55,282 nucleotides of DNA from Eubacteriales bacterium (GTDB lineage Bacteria; Bacillota; Clostridia; Oscillospirales; CAG-272), in assembly GCA_045605265.1 (NCBI GenBank), contig JAZUPQ010000011.1:1-55282 (forward strand), read 5' to 3'. This document shows positions 9,162 through 16,951 of the stretch, one piece after another. Position numbers and translations under genes: made by a program. How positions within the stretch are numbered: position 1 is the first letter of the stretch; every line of letters begins with the position of its first letter. The notes beneath the pieces are model-generated. The model did no database searches. It was not told the origin of the DNA and saw only the letters and a list, made by a program, of their open reading frames with translations.

Positions 9162-10511
9162 ATGGCAAAAGCAGCATTTGTCGGATTTGGCGAAGTTAAC
9201 ACCCCAAAAGATATAATCGTCAGAAAATGCGAGGCGGCTGAAAAAGCGCTTCTCGCCGAAGGCGAAGAGCTCATCTCGGTTTACCCCGTAACCGACGATT
9301 ATGACGAAAAGGATGTAAATAACGCAATTTCCGCTCTTGAAAATAAGAATTTTGACTATCTCGTGGTATGCATCGCGGGCTGGATTCCAACTCACGCAGT
9401 TGTTAAGGTTACAGAGCATTTCCGTCATAAGCCTATGGTTCTCTGGGGACTTTGCGGCTGGATAGAAGAGGGAAGAATTGTAACCACCGCCGATCAGGCA
9501 GGAACGTCAGCAATCAGAAAGACGTTTTTTGACCTTGGATATACTTTCAAGTATGTCTATGATATAATCGGTCTGCCCACAAATTCAAATAAGGTTGCTA
9601 CCTTTGGCCGCGCGGCCGCAGCAGCAAATAAGCTCCGTCACGCAAAGGGCGGTATGGCGGGCTACCGCGATATGAACCTTTACGGCACGCAGCACGACGG
9701 CCCGTCCCTTAAAAGAGTTGTCGGAACTGAAATCGAAACCTTTGAAATGCTTGAAATCGAGCAGCGTTATCAAAAAATTACAGACGCTCAAAAACAGGCC
9801 GTTATTGATAAGGCTATGGCAAAATGGAAGTTCCTTAAACCCGCAAAAAAAGAGAGTCTTATGAAAGCGGCAGGCTACTACCTCGCAGTCAAGGAAATCT
9901 GCGATGAGCGCGGATATGCAGCTGTTTCGCTGAAAGACGTTGACGGTATGAAAAAGCTTCTCGGATTTCCGCCCGCGCCAATCTTTATGCTCCTTTCGGA
10001 TGAGGAAGGACTTTGCACAGTTCCCGAAAACGACTCTCTCGGTCAGATCACACAGCTTATGGTTAAGTTTACCACAGGCCAATGTGCAGCTTATCTTGAA
10101 TTCTACGAGTTCTTTGAGAATAGCGTAATTGCCGGCGTACCGGACTACGTTCCGGCTGAAATCGTTGACGGCGACGTAACCGTTATGCCTGCTGCATTCG
10201 GCGAGCTTTCAGAGGGCGTGCTTAACGTAAGCAAGGTTAAAACAGGCCTTGTTACAATGTGCAGACTTACTACGATAAACGGTAAATATTATATGCACAT
10301 GGTACTCGGAAAAGGTAAAACACCTCAAAAATGGGAAGAAGCAGGCTGGACGCAACCCGCGCCGCAGCTGCCCGGACTTGAAATTGAACTTGATGACGTT
10401 CCTCGCTTCGCAGAGAACGTTATGTGCCAGCACTACATTATCTCCTATGGCGACAATACCGAGATAATTAGCGACCTTTGTAAAATACTCGGAATTGAAA
10501 TCATTAAATAA
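9162..10511 (+). CDS. L-fucose/L-arabinose isomerase-family protein (COG2407-like)
   Basis: About 450 aa. The N-terminal Rossmann-like swivel domain and C-terminal pattern (CAAYLEFYEF, TMCRLT..GKYYMHMVLGKG, QHYIISYGD) resemble the fucose-isomerase superfamily. ATG 9162 follows AAAGGTGA. Confidence 0.7.
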   Translation: MAKAAFVGFGEVNTPKDIIVRKCEAAEKALLAEGEELISVYPVTDDYDEKDVNNAISALENKNFDYLVVCIAGWIPTHAVVKVTEHFRHKPMVLWGLCGWIEEGRIVTTADQAGTSAIRKTFFDLGYTFKYVYDIIGLPTNSNKVATFGRAAAAANKLRHAKGGMAGYRDMNLYGTQHDGPSLKRVVGTEIETFEMLEIEQRYQKITDAQKQAVIDKAMAKWKFLKPAKKESLMKAAGYYLAVKEICDERGYAAVSLKDVDGMKKLLGFPPAPIFMLLSDEEGLCTVPENDSLGQITQLMVKFTTGQCAAYLEFYEFFENSVIAGVPDYVPAEIVDGDVTVMPAAFGELSEGVLNVSKVKTGLVTMCRLTTINGKYYMHMVLGKGKTPQKWEEAGWTQPAPQLPGLEIELDDVPRFAENVMCQHYIISYGDNTEIISDLCKILGIEIIK

Positions 10512-10526
10512 ACAAGGAGAACGTAA

Positions 10527-11201
10527 ATGGAATATCTATTGGATACTGCCGATTTAGAGGCTATCAGACACTGTAACGAATATTATCCTCTTGCGGGAGT
10601 GACCACCAATCCGACAATTATATCCAAAGCAAAGTCGGACTTTTGGCAGCTTGTGAAGGAAATACGCAATATAATCGGTGAAGACAAAATGCTTCATATT
10701 CAGACTGTCCAAAATACAGCTGAAAAAATAGTTGAGGAAGCCCTTCTTATACAAAAAGAAATAGGCGGAAATCTGTATATCAAAATTCCTATCAGCGAAG
10801 AGGGAATCAAAGCAACGATGATGCTCAAAAAGATGGGCATCAAGGTAACCGTAACCGCTATTTTCACACCCGCTCAAGCGTTGATTGCAGCAAAAGCGGG
10901 CGCGGATTTTGTAGCTCCTTATGTAAACCGCCTCGATAACATTCTCGGCGACGGCGTAGAGGTTGTTGCGGAAATCGTTTCGCAGTTTAAAAATCACGGA
11001 CTTAACTGTCGGGTTCTTGCCGCCAGCTTTAAAAATGCAGAGCAGGTTCATAAATGTTCTCTCCGCGGCTGTCACAGTGTAACGATAACGTCCAACGTTT
11101 TCAAGACGCTGCTGTCCTATCCTATGACCGATGCCGCTCTCGCGGGATTTGAAAAGGATTGGAAGAATTTGTACGGCGATAAAACGATACTTGATATGTA
11201 A
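10527..11201 (+). CDS. Transaldolase-family fructose-6-phosphate aldolase (Fsa/TalC type)
   Basis: MEYLLDTADLEAI, GVTTNPTII, the IKIP Schiff-base lysine block, and TAIFTPAQALIAAKAGADFVAPYVNRLD. Size is about 220 aa, typical of the short Fsa/TalC class. Confidence 0.9.
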   Translation: MEYLLDTADLEAIRHCNEYYPLAGVTTNPTIISKAKSDFWQLVKEIRNIIGEDKMLHIQTVQNTAEKIVEEALLIQKEIGGNLYIKIPISEEGIKATMMLKKMGIKVTVTAIFTPAQALIAAKAGADFVAPYVNRLDNILGDGVEVVAEIVSQFKNHGLNCRVLAASFKNAEQVHKCSLRGCHSVTITSNVFKTLLSYPMTDAALAGFEKDWKNLYGDKTILDM

Positions 11202-11221
11202 ATCACAATATGTAAATCACA
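11194..11221. repeat. Perfect 14-bp tandem duplication (ATATGTAAATCACA x2) spanning the fsa-like stop codon
   Basis: Read directly: 11194-11207 and 11208-11221 are identical. Confidence 0.9.
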
Positions 11222-11235
11222 AGGAGATTTAAGAA

Positions 11236-12744
11236 ATGAGCAACATTAAAATAGGATGGGGTGAGGAAAAATTCGTTTTTCCAAAACCTGTATCATTAAC
11301 AGGTCAGTTCGCTGAAAGAATTTCTCAATACACGGAAAAGCCTCTCACCGCTACCGCTCTTGCAATAGAGGCTGACGGAGAGCAAATGGTTCTCTGCGCG
11401 CTTGACCTCGTGGGAGCGTCGATTCATTTGCTTGCAGAGGTTAGAAAAAGACTTGCAGATAATAAAGACGGTCTCGACGTAAATAAAATTGTAATCAGCG
11501 CAATTCATACTCACACCGGCCCGGCATACACGGGAAACACCTCGCGTTCTTTTAACCGCGGAAGAACGGGAAGCCCCCGTACTCTTATTGAATCCGAGCT
11601 TCCTTCAAACAAAAAATACGTTGAAAGCGCAAAGGTAAGCGCTAACGACGGCATTATGCAAAATGATGAGCTTCTTGAAGAAATTGCAAACAAAACCGCA
11701 AAAGCGATTTATGAGGCTTGGACTTCGAGAAAAACGGGCGCGTACGCCAACGAATTCGGCAGAGTAGCGGTCGGTATGTGCAGAAGAGCGGTATACACTG
11801 ACGGCTCAGCTCAGATGTGGGGCGATACAAACCGCGCGGTATTCTCGCACTTGGAGGGCGGAAACGACTCGGGCGTAGAGCTTCTGTATTTCTTTGATGA
11901 AAATAAAAAGCTCACGGGCGTTGCGGTAAACCTTGCCTGTCCTGCTCAATGCGTTCAACACAGACTTTTCATTTCTCCTGACTTCTGGGGCGAAGTAAAA
12001 ATGCTTCTCCGCAAGGAATACGGCGAAGATATATTTATGCTTCCTCTTTGTTCTCCCGCAGGAGACCAGTGTCCCGTTGACCTCATCAGATGGGTAGAGC
12101 CCGAAAGCGACGTAAACGACCCCAACCTCAAAAGGTTTAACCCCCCTGCAAGAAAGGCTGACCCCTCAATGTTTGACCTTTCGGGTATGAGAAAGGTTGG
12201 TAAAAGAATTGCTAGCGAAATCATCGAAGTATATAACGACGCGGTAAACGAAATCAAGACCGATGCCCTTCTTTCTCACAAGGTTGAGATGGTCGAGCTT
12301 CCTCTCCGCCGCGCTACGCTCGCAGAAGAAGTCGTTGCAAGAAAGGCAATCCGCGATTATTTCAACAATAAAGAGGGTGACACGGTTGACTTCAACGACG
12401 CGGCAAAGCTTCAGGTTCACCTCGGTATTCTTCATCGCATTGAGCTTCAAGAGGAGGTAAATACCTTCCCGATTGAGATGCACGTAATCCGTCTTGGTAA
12501 TATTGCAATCGCTACGAACCCCTTTGAGCTTTTCCTTGACTACGGAAATCAAATCAAGGCGAGAAGCGTAGCAGAGCAAACCTTCCTTATACAGCTGGCA
12601 AACGGTTACGAGGGCTATCTTCCAACCGAAAAAGCTGAAAAGGGCGGACATTACAGCGCGTTTATTTCCAGCGGTGGCGCGGGTCACGAGGGCGGAGATA
12701 TTCTCGTAAGAAGAACGCTTGAAGAAATCAAAAAATTATTCTGA
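11236..12744 (+). CDS. Neutral/alkaline ceramidase-like domain protein (function unknown)
   Basis: The N-terminus IGWGEEKFVFPKPVSLTGQFAERI...LTATALAIEADGEQMVLCALDLV and the ISAIHTHTGP block resemble bacterial ceramidase-N-domain proteins. A good RBS (AAGGAGA) is present. Confidence 0.55.
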   Translation: MSNIKIGWGEEKFVFPKPVSLTGQFAERISQYTEKPLTATALAIEADGEQMVLCALDLVGASIHLLAEVRKRLADNKDGLDVNKIVISAIHTHTGPAYTGNTSRSFNRGRTGSPRTLIESELPSNKKYVESAKVSANDGIMQNDELLEEIANKTAKAIYEAWTSRKTGAYANEFGRVAVGMCRRAVYTDGSAQMWGDTNRAVFSHLEGGNDSGVELLYFFDENKKLTGVAVNLACPAQCVQHRLFISPDFWGEVKMLLRKEYGEDIFMLPLCSPAGDQCPVDLIRWVEPESDVNDPNLKRFNPPARKADPSMFDLSGMRKVGKRIASEIIEVYNDAVNEIKTDALLSHKVEMVELPLRRATLAEEVVARKAIRDYFNNKEGDTVDFNDAAKLQVHLGILHRIELQEEVNTFPIEMHVIRLGNIAIATNPFELFLDYGNQIKARSVAEQTFLIQLANGYEGYLPTEKAEKGGHYSAFISSGGAGHEGGDILVRRTLEEIKKLF

Positions 12745-12750
12745 CAAATA

Positions 12751-12796
12751 AAGGTAGGAATTACAACCTCGCGTTGAAATTCCTACCTTTTTATTG
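12751..12796. terminator. Bidirectional rho-independent terminator
   Basis: 12-bp perfect stem AAGGTAGGAATT / AATTCCTACCTT with a 15-nt loop. T-rich tracts follow on both strands. It lies between convergent genes. Confidence 0.8.
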
Positions 12797-12805
12797 CGAA
12801 AGGAG

Positions 12806-13792
12806 TTAACAATCCCGTCTTTTAAAAATCTTTTTGAACCAGCCGTCTATTTTTTCTTGGTTTAAATAATATATTATTGTGAAGGCGACGGTGAAAACCG
12901 CAATTATAGCCCACAGAACAATACCCCAGGAGTGAAATGGTATAATCTCGCCCGTTCCCAAAAAGCATACGAAGGCTATGTAAATCGGTCGCACGAGTAT
13001 AATTGAGGTTACGAAAAAGCTGTAACTCATGCCTGAAAGCCCTGCGACCATACAAAGAATATCGTCGGGAAAGAAGGGGAGAATTTGCATCATTATAAAG
13101 GGCATTTTTCCGCGCTTATTCAGCAAGGAAGAGTATTTTTCCGTATCCTCTAAGCCAATGCACCAAATAACAGCTCTTCTGCCCAGCTTTTTGCCAATCA
13201 GAAACGCAAATACAGAGCCGATAACGGTTGCGGCGTAGCAAATCAAAAATCCCGCAAAGTTGCCGTAAACCGCCGTAATTGCCAAATAGAATATCCAAGA
13301 GGGAGCAGGTAATACGATGACGTTAAAGAGTATAACCAAAAAGCAAATCAAAACGCCAAAGGAGCCGCTATCCAAAATTAATTGCTTTATCTGCGCCATA
13401 TCCGACAGATTTTCAAAAATTCCGAACAAATTAAGCAGAAAAAAGCATAAAAGAATAATAAACAAAAGCAAATTTAACATAAAAGAGCTCTTCGCAATTT
13501 TAATTCTTCCAAGAAAGAAAAAAACGCAAGCGCCAAGAGTGAAGCATAGAATGCAGGCAAAAACCGCCGCACGTATATACCATTCAAGCTTGTCCAGCAA
13601 AAATATCATGCCGAAGAACATAAGTAATCCTAAAATCAAGCTTACGCAAGATAGAATTATTTTCTCTTTTTTGCTTATTGTCGCCACCCCCTTGCTTAAT
13701 AATTTCTGCTGCGTGAAGGAAAGGCTGAAACAGTCTTTCTTTCTCTGAAATATTTTACACCAAAAAGCCGACGAATTCAATAGATTTAACAA
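12806..13792 (-). CDS. TVP38/TMEM64 (DedA-superfamily) membrane protein with an extra N-terminal TM region
   Basis: VLPAPSWIFYLAITAVYG...FLIGKKLGRRAV...LPFFPDDILCMVAGLSGMSY matches the SNARE-associated/TVP38 pattern. The start is uncertain: the ORF-track start is a TTG and the first ATG is at residue 58. Confidence 0.75.
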   Translation of the reverse strand: MLNLLNSSAFWCKIFQRKKDCFSLSFTQQKLLSKGVATISKKEKIILSCVSLILGLLMFFGMIFLLDKLEWYIRAAVFACILCFTLGACVFFFLGRIKIAKSSFMLNLLLFIILLCFFLLNLFGIFENLSDMAQIKQLILDSGSFGVLICFLVILFNVIVLPAPSWIFYLAITAVYGNFAGFLICYAATVIGSVFAFLIGKKLGRRAVIWCIGLEDTEKYSSLLNKRGKMPFIMMQILPFFPDDILCMVAGLSGMSYSFFVTSIILVRPIYIAFVCFLGTGEIIPFHSWGIVLWAIIAVFTVAFTIIYYLNQEKIDGWFKKIFKRRDC

Positions 13793-13816
13793 AAAACTTA
13801 CAACAAATTAAACAAG

Positions 13817-13832
13817 CGTTAGAGTTCGTTAG
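13817..13832 (+). promoter_or_regulatory. Direct repeat CGTTAG-N4-CGTTAG upstream of the feoA promoter (possible operator)
   Basis: CGTTAG at 13817-13822 and 13827-13832, 10 bp apart. It shares the GTTAG core with the two hairpins downstream. Confidence 0.3.
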
Positions 13833-13882
13833 TCTTATAAAAATGTGCAAATTCACAATTTTTAGAAAAAAAGGAAAAAATA

Positions 13883-13911
13883 TTGACATTTATGAAAGAA
13901 TATTGTAAAAT
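13883..13911 (+). promoter_or_regulatory. Promoter candidate for feoAB
   Basis: TTGACA (13883-13888), 17-nt spacer, TAAAAT (13906-13911). Confidence 0.55.
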
Positions 13912-13919
13912 ATATATCG

Positions 13920-13935
13920 GTTAGCGACGGCTAAC
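13920..13935 (+). promoter_or_regulatory. GTTAGC-GACG-GCTAAC inverted repeat in the feoA leader
   Basis: 6-bp stem immediately after the -10 element, followed by TTCAAAAA and the feoA RBS GGGAGGA. Confidence 0.4.
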
Positions 13936-13962
13936 TTCAAAAATAACGGGAGGAAAAACATT

Positions 13963-14178
13963 ATGAATTTGCTTTCGGCAGAGATTGAAAAAGAATATAC
14001 GATTCTTAAAGTTGATACGCGAGATGAAGAAATGCGTTCGTTTTTGTTTACTCTAGGTTGTTTTGAAGACCAAAAAATAACCGTAATCAATAAAAGGAAA
14101 AGCGGAATGATTGTCGCAATAAAAGACGGAAGATACAGCATTGACAATCAACTTGCTTCGGCTATTTTGGTAAAGTAA
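13963..14178 (+). CDS. feoA: Ferrous iron transport protein A
   Basis: 71-aa SH3-like FeoA pattern (YTILKVDTRDEEMRSFLFTLGCFEDQKITVINK....VAIKDGRYSID). It sits directly upstream of feoB. Confidence 0.9.
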   Translation: MNLLSAEIEKEYTILKVDTRDEEMRSFLFTLGCFEDQKITVINKRKSGMIVAIKDGRYSIDNQLASAILVK

Positions 14179-14204
14179 AACGAAGAATTTATTTTTTATC
14201 ATGC

Positions 14205-14222
14205 AGTTAGCCTTGACTAACT
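14205..14222 (+). promoter_or_regulatory. AGTTAG-CCTTGA-CTAACT inverted repeat in the feoA-feoB spacer
   Basis: Second copy of the GTTAG...CTAAC hairpin, again followed by CAAAAAA and the RBS GGAGGA of feoB. Confidence 0.4.
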
Positions 14223-14240
14223 CAAAAAATTGGAGGATTT

Positions 14241-16199
14241 ATGAGAATTGCCTTAGCCGGAAATCCTAACAGCGGCAAGACTACGATGTATAACTATCTC
14301 ACCGGAGCAAATGAAAAGGTGGGAAACTGGGCGGGAGTAACCGTCGATAAAAAGGAACGCCCTGTCAAAAAGAAATTTTGCAAAGGCGAAGAGAAGATAA
14401 TCGCGGTAGACCTTCCGGGCGCGTATTCAATATCGCCGTATACCTCTGAGGAAAGTGTTACAAGCGATTATGTAAAAAACGAGAAGCCCGACGTAATTAT
14501 CAACATAGTGGACTCCACGAATTTGAGCCGAAGCCTGTTCTTTACAACACAGCTTATGGAAATCGGAATTCCCGTCGTAGTTGCGCTCAACAAGACCGAT
14601 ATAAACGAGAGAAAGAAAAATACAATCGACGCAAACCTCCTCGCAGCAAAGCTCGGCTGCCCCGTGGTGCAGACCGTCTCGGATGAAGCAAAGAGCGTTA
14701 AACGGCTCGTATCTGCTGCAATAGAGTCGATTGGCAAGTCTCAAAATCCACCTTATGTAAGCAAAAATGCAAACTTAAATAGTCAAATATCGGCAAAAGA
14801 AGATGATAAACAGAGATTTTTGTTTGTTGATAAAATTGTGAAAAGTATTGAAATTCGCACAACCAAATCAAGTGAAAAGAATTTTCAAGATAAGGTTGAC
14901 TGCGTTTTAACTAACAAGTGGCTGGGTATTCCGATATTTGCGCTCGTTATGCTCTCTGTGTTTTGGATTTCTCAGTCAGGGCCTGCCGTTTGGCTTGCCG
15001 ACCTTCTTACAGGTCTGCTTGAAAGCGGGCAACAGGCGATAGCAAATTTGATTAATTCAAACAGCATCTGGGCGTCAATTCTGATTGACGGTATCATCGG
15101 CGGATTTATCGCTATCGTAGGCTTCTTACCCTTGGTAATGATTATGTATTTCCTGATAGCCTTGCTTGAAGATCTCGGGTATATGGCGAGAGCAACCATC
15201 GTGCTTGACCCGATTTTGAAAAAGGTTGGACTTAACGGCAAGTCGGTTATTCCATTCATTATCGGCACAGGCTGCGCAGTTCCGGGAGTTATGGCAGCCA
15301 GAACAATTCGCGATGAAAGAGAGAGAAGAGCTACGGCAATGCTCGCTCCGTTTATGCCCTGCGGAGCAAAGCTCCCTGTAATTGCTATGTTTGCGGGCGC
15401 TTTTTTCAGAGGCTCTGCTTGGGTTGGTGCGCTTATGTATTTTTTGGGAATTGCCGTGATTATACTGTCCGCACTGCTCATTAATTCCGTAACCGGTAAC
15501 AAAAACCGCAAATCCTACTTTATTATGGAAATGCCCGAATACAAAGTTCCCGACTTTATCAAGGCGTGCAAATCTATGTGCCAGAGGGGCTGGGCCTTTG
15601 TCGTAAAAGCGGGAACTATAATTCTCGTTTGTAACTTTATGATTCATCTTATGCAAAACTTTAATTGGCTTTTGAAGCCGGTCGCACAAGGTGCAACGCA
15701 CACGTCAATCCTTGCGGGTGTTGCAAAGCCCTTTGCATATCTTTTTGCCCCCGTTATAGGTGTCGTAAGCTGGCAGTTTGCCGCCGCAACCATTACGGGA
15801 TTTATAGCAAAGGAGAACGTCGTAGCGACAATCGCTCTTTGCTTTTCTATTGTTGATACCAACGCCGGCGCGACTGTTGCTTCTGCCTTGGGTATCAGCT
15901 CGGTATCCGCTATGGCGTTTTTGATGTTAAACTTGTTTTCTCCGCCCTGTTTTGCGGCAATCGGCGCTATGGGCGCAGAGCTTAAAAGCACGAAGTGGCT
16001 GTGCGGAGCTATCGGGCTTCAACTCGGAGTTGGCTATACGCTGGGCTTCCTCGTCAACTTCTTCGGAACTCTTTTTACAGGCGGAAAATTCGGCGCGCCT
16101 TGGATGAATATTCTGGGCTTTTCCGTGGTAATAATCTTCGCGGCAATTCTTACATATCTCATTTTGAAAAATCAAAAACAGAGCAAGGCGGTAAAGTAA
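14241..16199 (+). CDS. feoB: Ferrous iron transport protein B
   Basis: N-terminal GTPase (IALAGNPNSGKTTMYNYLTG, DLPGAYS, NKTD) fused to a polytopic gate domain. Confidence 0.95.
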   Translation: MRIALAGNPNSGKTTMYNYLTGANEKVGNWAGVTVDKKERPVKKKFCKGEEKIIAVDLPGAYSISPYTSEESVTSDYVKNEKPDVIINIVDSTNLSRSLFFTTQLMEIGIPVVVALNKTDINERKKNTIDANLLAAKLGCPVVQTVSDEAKSVKRLVSAAIESIGKSQNPPYVSKNANLNSQISAKEDDKQRFLFVDKIVKSIEIRTTKSSEKNFQDKVDCVLTNKWLGIPIFALVMLSVFWISQSGPAVWLADLLTGLLESGQQAIANLINSNSIWASILIDGIIGGFIAIVGFLPLVMIMYFLIALLEDLGYMARATIVLDPILKKVGLNGKSVIPFIIGTGCAVPGVMAARTIRDERERRATAMLAPFMPCGAKLPVIAMFAGAFFRGSAWVGALMYFLGIAVIILSALLINSVTGNKNRKSYFIMEMPEYKVPDFIKACKSMCQRGWAFVVKAGTIILVCNFMIHLMQNFNWLLKPVAQGATHTSILAGVAKPFAYLFAPVIGVVSWQFAAATITGFIAKENVVATIALCFSIVDTNAGATVASALGISSVSAMAFLMLNLFSPPCFAAIGAMGAELKSTKWLCGAIGLQLGVGYTLGFLVNFFGTLFTGGKFGAPWMNILGFSVVIIFAAILTYLILKNQKQSKAVK

Positions 16200-16200
16200 A

Positions 16201-16353
16201 ATGCCACCCGAACTTATAATAATTCCGATAATAGTCATAATTGTCGGCGGAGCGATTTTTTATATCGTTAGGTCTAAAAAGAGAGGAAAAAAGTGTATAG
16301 GCTGTCCTTATGCAAACTGCTGTTCGGACAAAAACTGCCAAAATAAAGGTTAA
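16201..16353 (+). CDS. FeoB-associated Cys-rich small membrane protein (50 aa; below the ORF-track cutoff)
   Basis: Manual translation gives MPPELIIIPIIVIIVGGAIFYIVRSKKRGKKCIGCPYANCCSDKNCQNKG. That is one TM helix, a basic patch and a Cys-rich tail. ATG starts 2 nt after the feoB stop. Confidence 0.7.
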   Translation: MPPELIIIPIIVIIVGGAIFYIVRSKKRGKKCIGCPYANCCSDKNCQNKG

Positions 16354-16360
16354 AACCGGA

Positions 16361-16395
16361 ATAAACCTTGCAAAAAGCAGGGTTTATTTTCGTTT
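16361..16395 (+). terminator. Rho-independent terminator of the feo operon
   Basis: 11-bp stem ATAAACCTTGC / GCAGGGTTTAT (one G-U pair), AAAAA loop, then TTTCGTTT. Confidence 0.7.
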
Positions 16396-16400
16396 AATAC

Positions 16401-16429
16401 TTGAAAAAGTTATAAACTAGTGATAAAAT
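16401..16429 (+). promoter_or_regulatory. Promoter candidate for yuiD-like/ackA
   Basis: TTGAAA, 17-nt spacer, TAAAAT, with TG extended -10. Confidence 0.5.
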
Positions 16430-16458
16430 ATTACTATATGTAATAACGGAGGTTCGAA

Positions 16459-16923
16459 TTGTTAAAAGAGATAATAAATAATCAATTTCTTGTACTGCCG
16501 TTTTTCGCTTGGCTTATAGCTCAGGTAATCAAATTTTTTATATTCATAATAATGGAGAAAAAAATTGACTTCAAAAGACTCATCGGCGATGGCGGTATGC
16601 CGAGCGGGCACAGCGCGCTTGTATCCTCATTAGCTGCGATATGCGGTCTTGAAAAGGGATTTTACACCGTGGAGTTTGCAATAGCGTTTATCTTTGCAAT
16701 CGTAGTTTTCAAGGACGCGGCGGGCGTCAGACGCGAGACGGGAAAGCAGGCTCAATCAATTAAAGAGCTTGCGCTTACAATCAACCAAATCTTTCTTGAA
16801 AAAAACGACGAAATAAGGACTGAAAAATTAAAGGAATTTGTGGGACACACCCCGCTTCAAGTATTTTTCGGTTGTTTAATCGGCGTGCTTACCGCCGTAA
16901 CTTACTTTTTTTGGATAAAATAA
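16459..16923 (+). CDS. Divergent PAP2-family membrane protein (YuiD/DUF212 type)
   Basis: GGMPSGHSALVSSLA, KDAAGVRRETGKQA and GHTPLQVFFG motifs. TTG start lies 6 nt after GGAGG. Confidence 0.85.
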   Translation: MLKEIINNQFLVLPFFAWLIAQVIKFFIFIIMEKKIDFKRLIGDGGMPSGHSALVSSLAAICGLEKGFYTVEFAIAFIFAIVVFKDAAGVRRETGKQAQSIKELALTINQIFLEKNDEIRTEKLKEFVGHTPLQVFFGCLIGVLTAVTYFFWIK

Positions 16924-16951
16924 TTAATATATTTTAAGGAGAAAAAAGAAT

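Noticed and set aside
13889-13935. Fur box at the feoA promoter
   Set aside because: No acceptable match to the GATAATGATAATCATTATC-type 19-mer or the 7-1-7 variant was found. The GTTAG-based motif is reported instead.
16440-16462. GGTTCGAAT string resembling a tRNA T-loop
   Set aside because: The flanks cannot form a T-stem (GGAGG versus TGTTA) or an acceptor stem. The string is simply the GGAGG RBS plus spacer plus the TTG start of the yuiD-like gene.
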